Source: Octopus bimaculoides (Eukaryota). From it: a stretch of 64,000 bases of DNA. The notes below the pieces were generated by a model. The model saw only the letters and a program-made list of their open reading frames with translations. It had not been told where the DNA came from and searched no databases. The stretch's first letter is position 1, and the number at the start of each line of letters is the position of its first letter. The stretch is from contig NC_068985.1 of assembly GCF_001194135.2 (NCBI RefSeq), positions 77,438,568-77,502,567 on the forward strand, in the 5' to 3' direction. The translations under genes and the position numbers were made by a program. This document shows positions 60,669 through 64,000 of this stretch, piece after piece.

Positions 60669-63264
60669 TAGTTGTAAATTTTGGACTGAATAATTTGACT
60701 TGTATGCCAGAAAATACACTAATAATGTCTATTCTAGTCAGATTTTATACCCAAACTTGATGATGTTCCCTAGTGTCTGCATCAATGTGAGATTTTGTAC
60801 AACGATTCAGTAGGAATTTTTTATCTGTTGTAAACATAAGTTTTTATTTTGTTGTTGATACTGCAAATGTATTTTATAGTGTTTATCACATCAATGTTTT
60901 CAATTAAACTAGTATTTTTACTTCATAAAAATTTAATGTTCTGTTTATATTCAGTGATATTCCTTTGCCTCATTGTCAGTTTAGATTTTATTCTCATTGC
61001 TTTTTTATTAATATCATACTACTGGAAAATTAAAAATAAAATAAGTGAAGGAAAATGATTGAAATGGACCAATGACATTAATTTGGATTGATTTAAAATG
61101 TATTGTACTGAATACATTTTATGTTCAATAATTGAAATTTCTTTTTTGTCTCTTTTAACTATAAAAAGGGACAAAATTGTCTTCTTGTGGCAACAATTAG
61201 CAAATCTCAAAGGGGAGATAACTTTGATTAATTACAGATAATTTCTCAAAGTTAAATTCATTTTGTAGAAGCAAGAGGCAACTTGATCTGTTGCCATGTT
61301 AACATCACCTCCTGCTCCTTGAGTACCTTTTAGCTGACATCAAATTGTTGCAAGCATTTTGGCCAGATCTCCAATTTGAGGATACATTCTTCAAAGGATG
61401 CATTCCTTCTTTCCACAAATCTTGCAAACACAATCCTTTGCACTATGATTAATAAGTAAAATTGTGGGCTTGTTTTGATTATTGTATCATGTAAATAAGG
61501 TTGAAAGAGTTGATTCTGACTGCTGTTATTTCACTGGAGATGTTTATATCATTAATTTTAATCCTTTTTCTTTAAGGGCTGGGCCTTTCTCTAGATTTTG
61601 TTACTTGTTGTTCACCTGATCAACTTAGACTGAGCACACCTATGATCAAATGCATTCCAGCCATGACCACTCTGTCTTTCTCCAGAGCTGTAGTTTTTAC
61701 CTTTTGAAACCCCTACCTCCTTTTGTAGGTGGTCACTGCTTCTGCACCCCCACTCTGTCACTCGTTTTATTTCGAAAATTAAAAAAAATTTATAATGGAG
61801 AATTGAAAATTTGAATTGTTAGGTGTTCAACACTAAAAAAAGATACACTATACTATTCTCAGTATAAAATATTTTATATTTAGAATCTGGTTTTAAAATG
61901 TATAAATAGCTTCTAAAGTAATAAAAAAACCCATTGATTTATGAAAATTTTTGTTCGCTGTGCTATGGATTCACTCATTGAAGCTAGCATAACTCCTCCC
62001 AGATAAACATTGATATGGGTACAAGAACATGAATTAGTTGAAGTCTTAGTTATGTACAAAATACAGTGCTACTGTTAATTCAGATGTATGTGCTTGTGCT
62101 GAAGTGTGTGAGCTTGCATGTGTGTGAGAGGTAGCATATATATATGTGTGTGTGTGTGTTGTTTAAATTGATGAGAGAGATCTCAGTGTAACCATTGATC
62201 TGATTTAAAGCAACAGTTAATTTTTTTTTTTTGTCATGAATATGTGAATGATAATGTTTTGATTTGCCTATATTTTACTGGTTCCAGCTAAAAGGCATTT
62301 ATTTGTGAGGTTGGCATAAGCTGCTTTATATTTACATCATAACTTCCTGTTACACAGCTCTTTCTTTTGTTGGTTTCAACTGTAGACCAGTTCTGCTTCA
62401 CACAGGGAAAGCAGATCAATCTTCACAATAGACTCAGTTGAAAACTGAATCCATTCTACACATGACAAAAGTTGTTTAACATATAATCAAAGGTTTCTAA
62501 TACAAAACCACAAATCTTTAGGAACTCCTCAGAATTGACAGAATCAACCCCTGCACTTGACTGACACTTACTTTATTAACTTCAAAAATAAGAAAGACAT
62601 AATGGACTTTAGATGGATTTGAACCCAGAATATACTGAAACATATTTTATAACTTATCACCAGGCTTTTGCTAATTGATGCTTTTGCTGCTTCTTCCAAT
62701 GAAAAATTTATTTTGTAGACAGCAGCTGTTTGGGTTGGGCTAATTTTTTTTTTTTTTTAGAGTTAAACATATGTTCGTGTGAGATTATCTTCCTCCTACT
62801 AACTAGATAACAGAGAAAGAGACAGGGATAGAAAGATAGACAGCACAAATAAAAGTTTGTTATACTTTTACTAGTCAACATAAAAAGATATGTTTTATTA
62901 CAATTAAGACCTATTTATTACCAGTTCCTCAGTTTTTCTTGGCCAATGTCAGTTATGTTTCACTAATCACTTGTTTGCTGTTGTTCCACTGTCATTTTTG
63001 TCCCTTTATTTGGTGTTACATTGTGGATTCTTCTTTTATTTCCTTGCTGCTAACATGATCGGTTCATCTTCAGTTTGTATTTTTGTTAAATACATTATGT
63101 TAAGCTCTTGGATAAAGTCTTCAAACAAAGAATTCTGAGTTAATATAAATTCAGAAATTTCTTTCTCTCTCTGCATGTATGTATAATTTGTGTGTGCGCG
63201 TGCACGTACACACACACACACACACACACACAGTGTGGTGAATAAATTATCATCTAAATTACAC

Positions 63265-64000
63265 ATAAATGAGAATAACACTGATATCTGATTTGAACAG
63301 ATATATTTACCAAAATTACATTAAAATATCTTAAAATACTAAAGAAGAAATTTATTCAATAAAATCACCACTGGTTTCCAGACGACTTGGGGTCTCCTGC
63401 AACTCTTCTGGATGGCCTCCTTGTTTAAGTTGATGCATGCTGCCATAATCCTTACCTTCAGTGCATCTTTGGTGTTACAAGGTGTTTTGTTAGTCTCTTG
63501 CTCAACTGTGCCCCACACATAATAATCAAGGGGGTGGCAGTCTGGAGAGTTAGGTGACCAGATGTTAAGGGTGATGTGGTCACAGAAATTGTCTGATTGC
63601 CATGACTGGGTTCTCTTGCTTGTGTGGCATGGTGCAGAGTCCTGTAGGCAGACATAGGGTCTTCCAGCAGCCACCCTCTTGACCCAGGGCAACACTACCT
63701 CCTCCAGGCACTTGATGTAGGCTTCCATGTTGAGTCTGAGGCAGTGTGGAAAGATGAATGGAAGCATAACATCGCCATCACTAGTGATCACTTCAAACAC
63801 CATGATGTTAACTGGATGTTTCATTTTTTATCACTCTCAGTACATTTTCTTTGATTGCACTGTCCTCAGATTGACACCCAAACACTCTGAAATGCTTGTA
63901 TTGGAGCTTCTGGCATGAATGCCAAGCAGTACAGCATGTCATTTCCAAATTTCTGGCAGAGTGAATTGCAACATGGTGCTGTTTTTCTTCCAGATGGGGT
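63265..64000 (-). mobile_element. maT/Bmmar1-type (DD37D) transposon fragment running off the window
   Basis: KHPVNIMVFEVITSDG..QDSAPCH..WSPNSPDCHPLDYYVW; 37 residues counted between the second and third Asp. Confidence 0.88.

Noticed and set aside
62386-62448. Terminal-exon-like TSSASHRESRSIFTIDSVEN*
   Set aside because: An acceptor is present but there is no homology or upstream exon support.
1-64000. Dozens of ORFs rich in CVCV, HTHT, YIYI or X
   Set aside because: They are translations of dinucleotide microsatellites or of the N gaps, not genes.

Overview
AT-rich, microsatellite-dense eukaryotic DNA with two N gaps. The SINE families look like those of an octopod cephalopod (Octopus-like); this is inferred from recalled repeat families, not a database search. 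No host protein-coding exon can be called with confidence, and almost all ORFs in the track are microsatellite or repeat artefacts. The window is a transposon graveyard: a 5'-truncated R4/Dong-type RLE retrotransposon (~0.06-1.84 kb), CR1/L2 and RTE RT fragments, many tRNA-derived SINEs (a ~10-copy nested cluster at 3.5-6.5 kb), a hAT MITE, a decayed full-length mariner, two Tc1 fragments, a DD37D maT fragment, a 3.75-kb Sola2 deletion derivative with ~500-bp TIRs, a Helentron-type non-autonomous element, piggyBac-like MITE pieces and Penelope-type hammerhead relics. The most striking observations are (i) two unrelated Merlin-like fold-back MITEs that both carry TTAGGG telomere-type repeats, one with a six-tract G-quadruplex motif and a local empty-site paralog confirming its 9-bp TSD; (ii) sharp alternating CpG-rich and CpG-depleted domains, suggesting methylated gene bodies downstream of a candidate ETS/YY1 housekeeping promoter at ~7.2 kb; and (iii) several template-switch hairpins and hammerhead relics. 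Coordinates of decayed elements are approximate.
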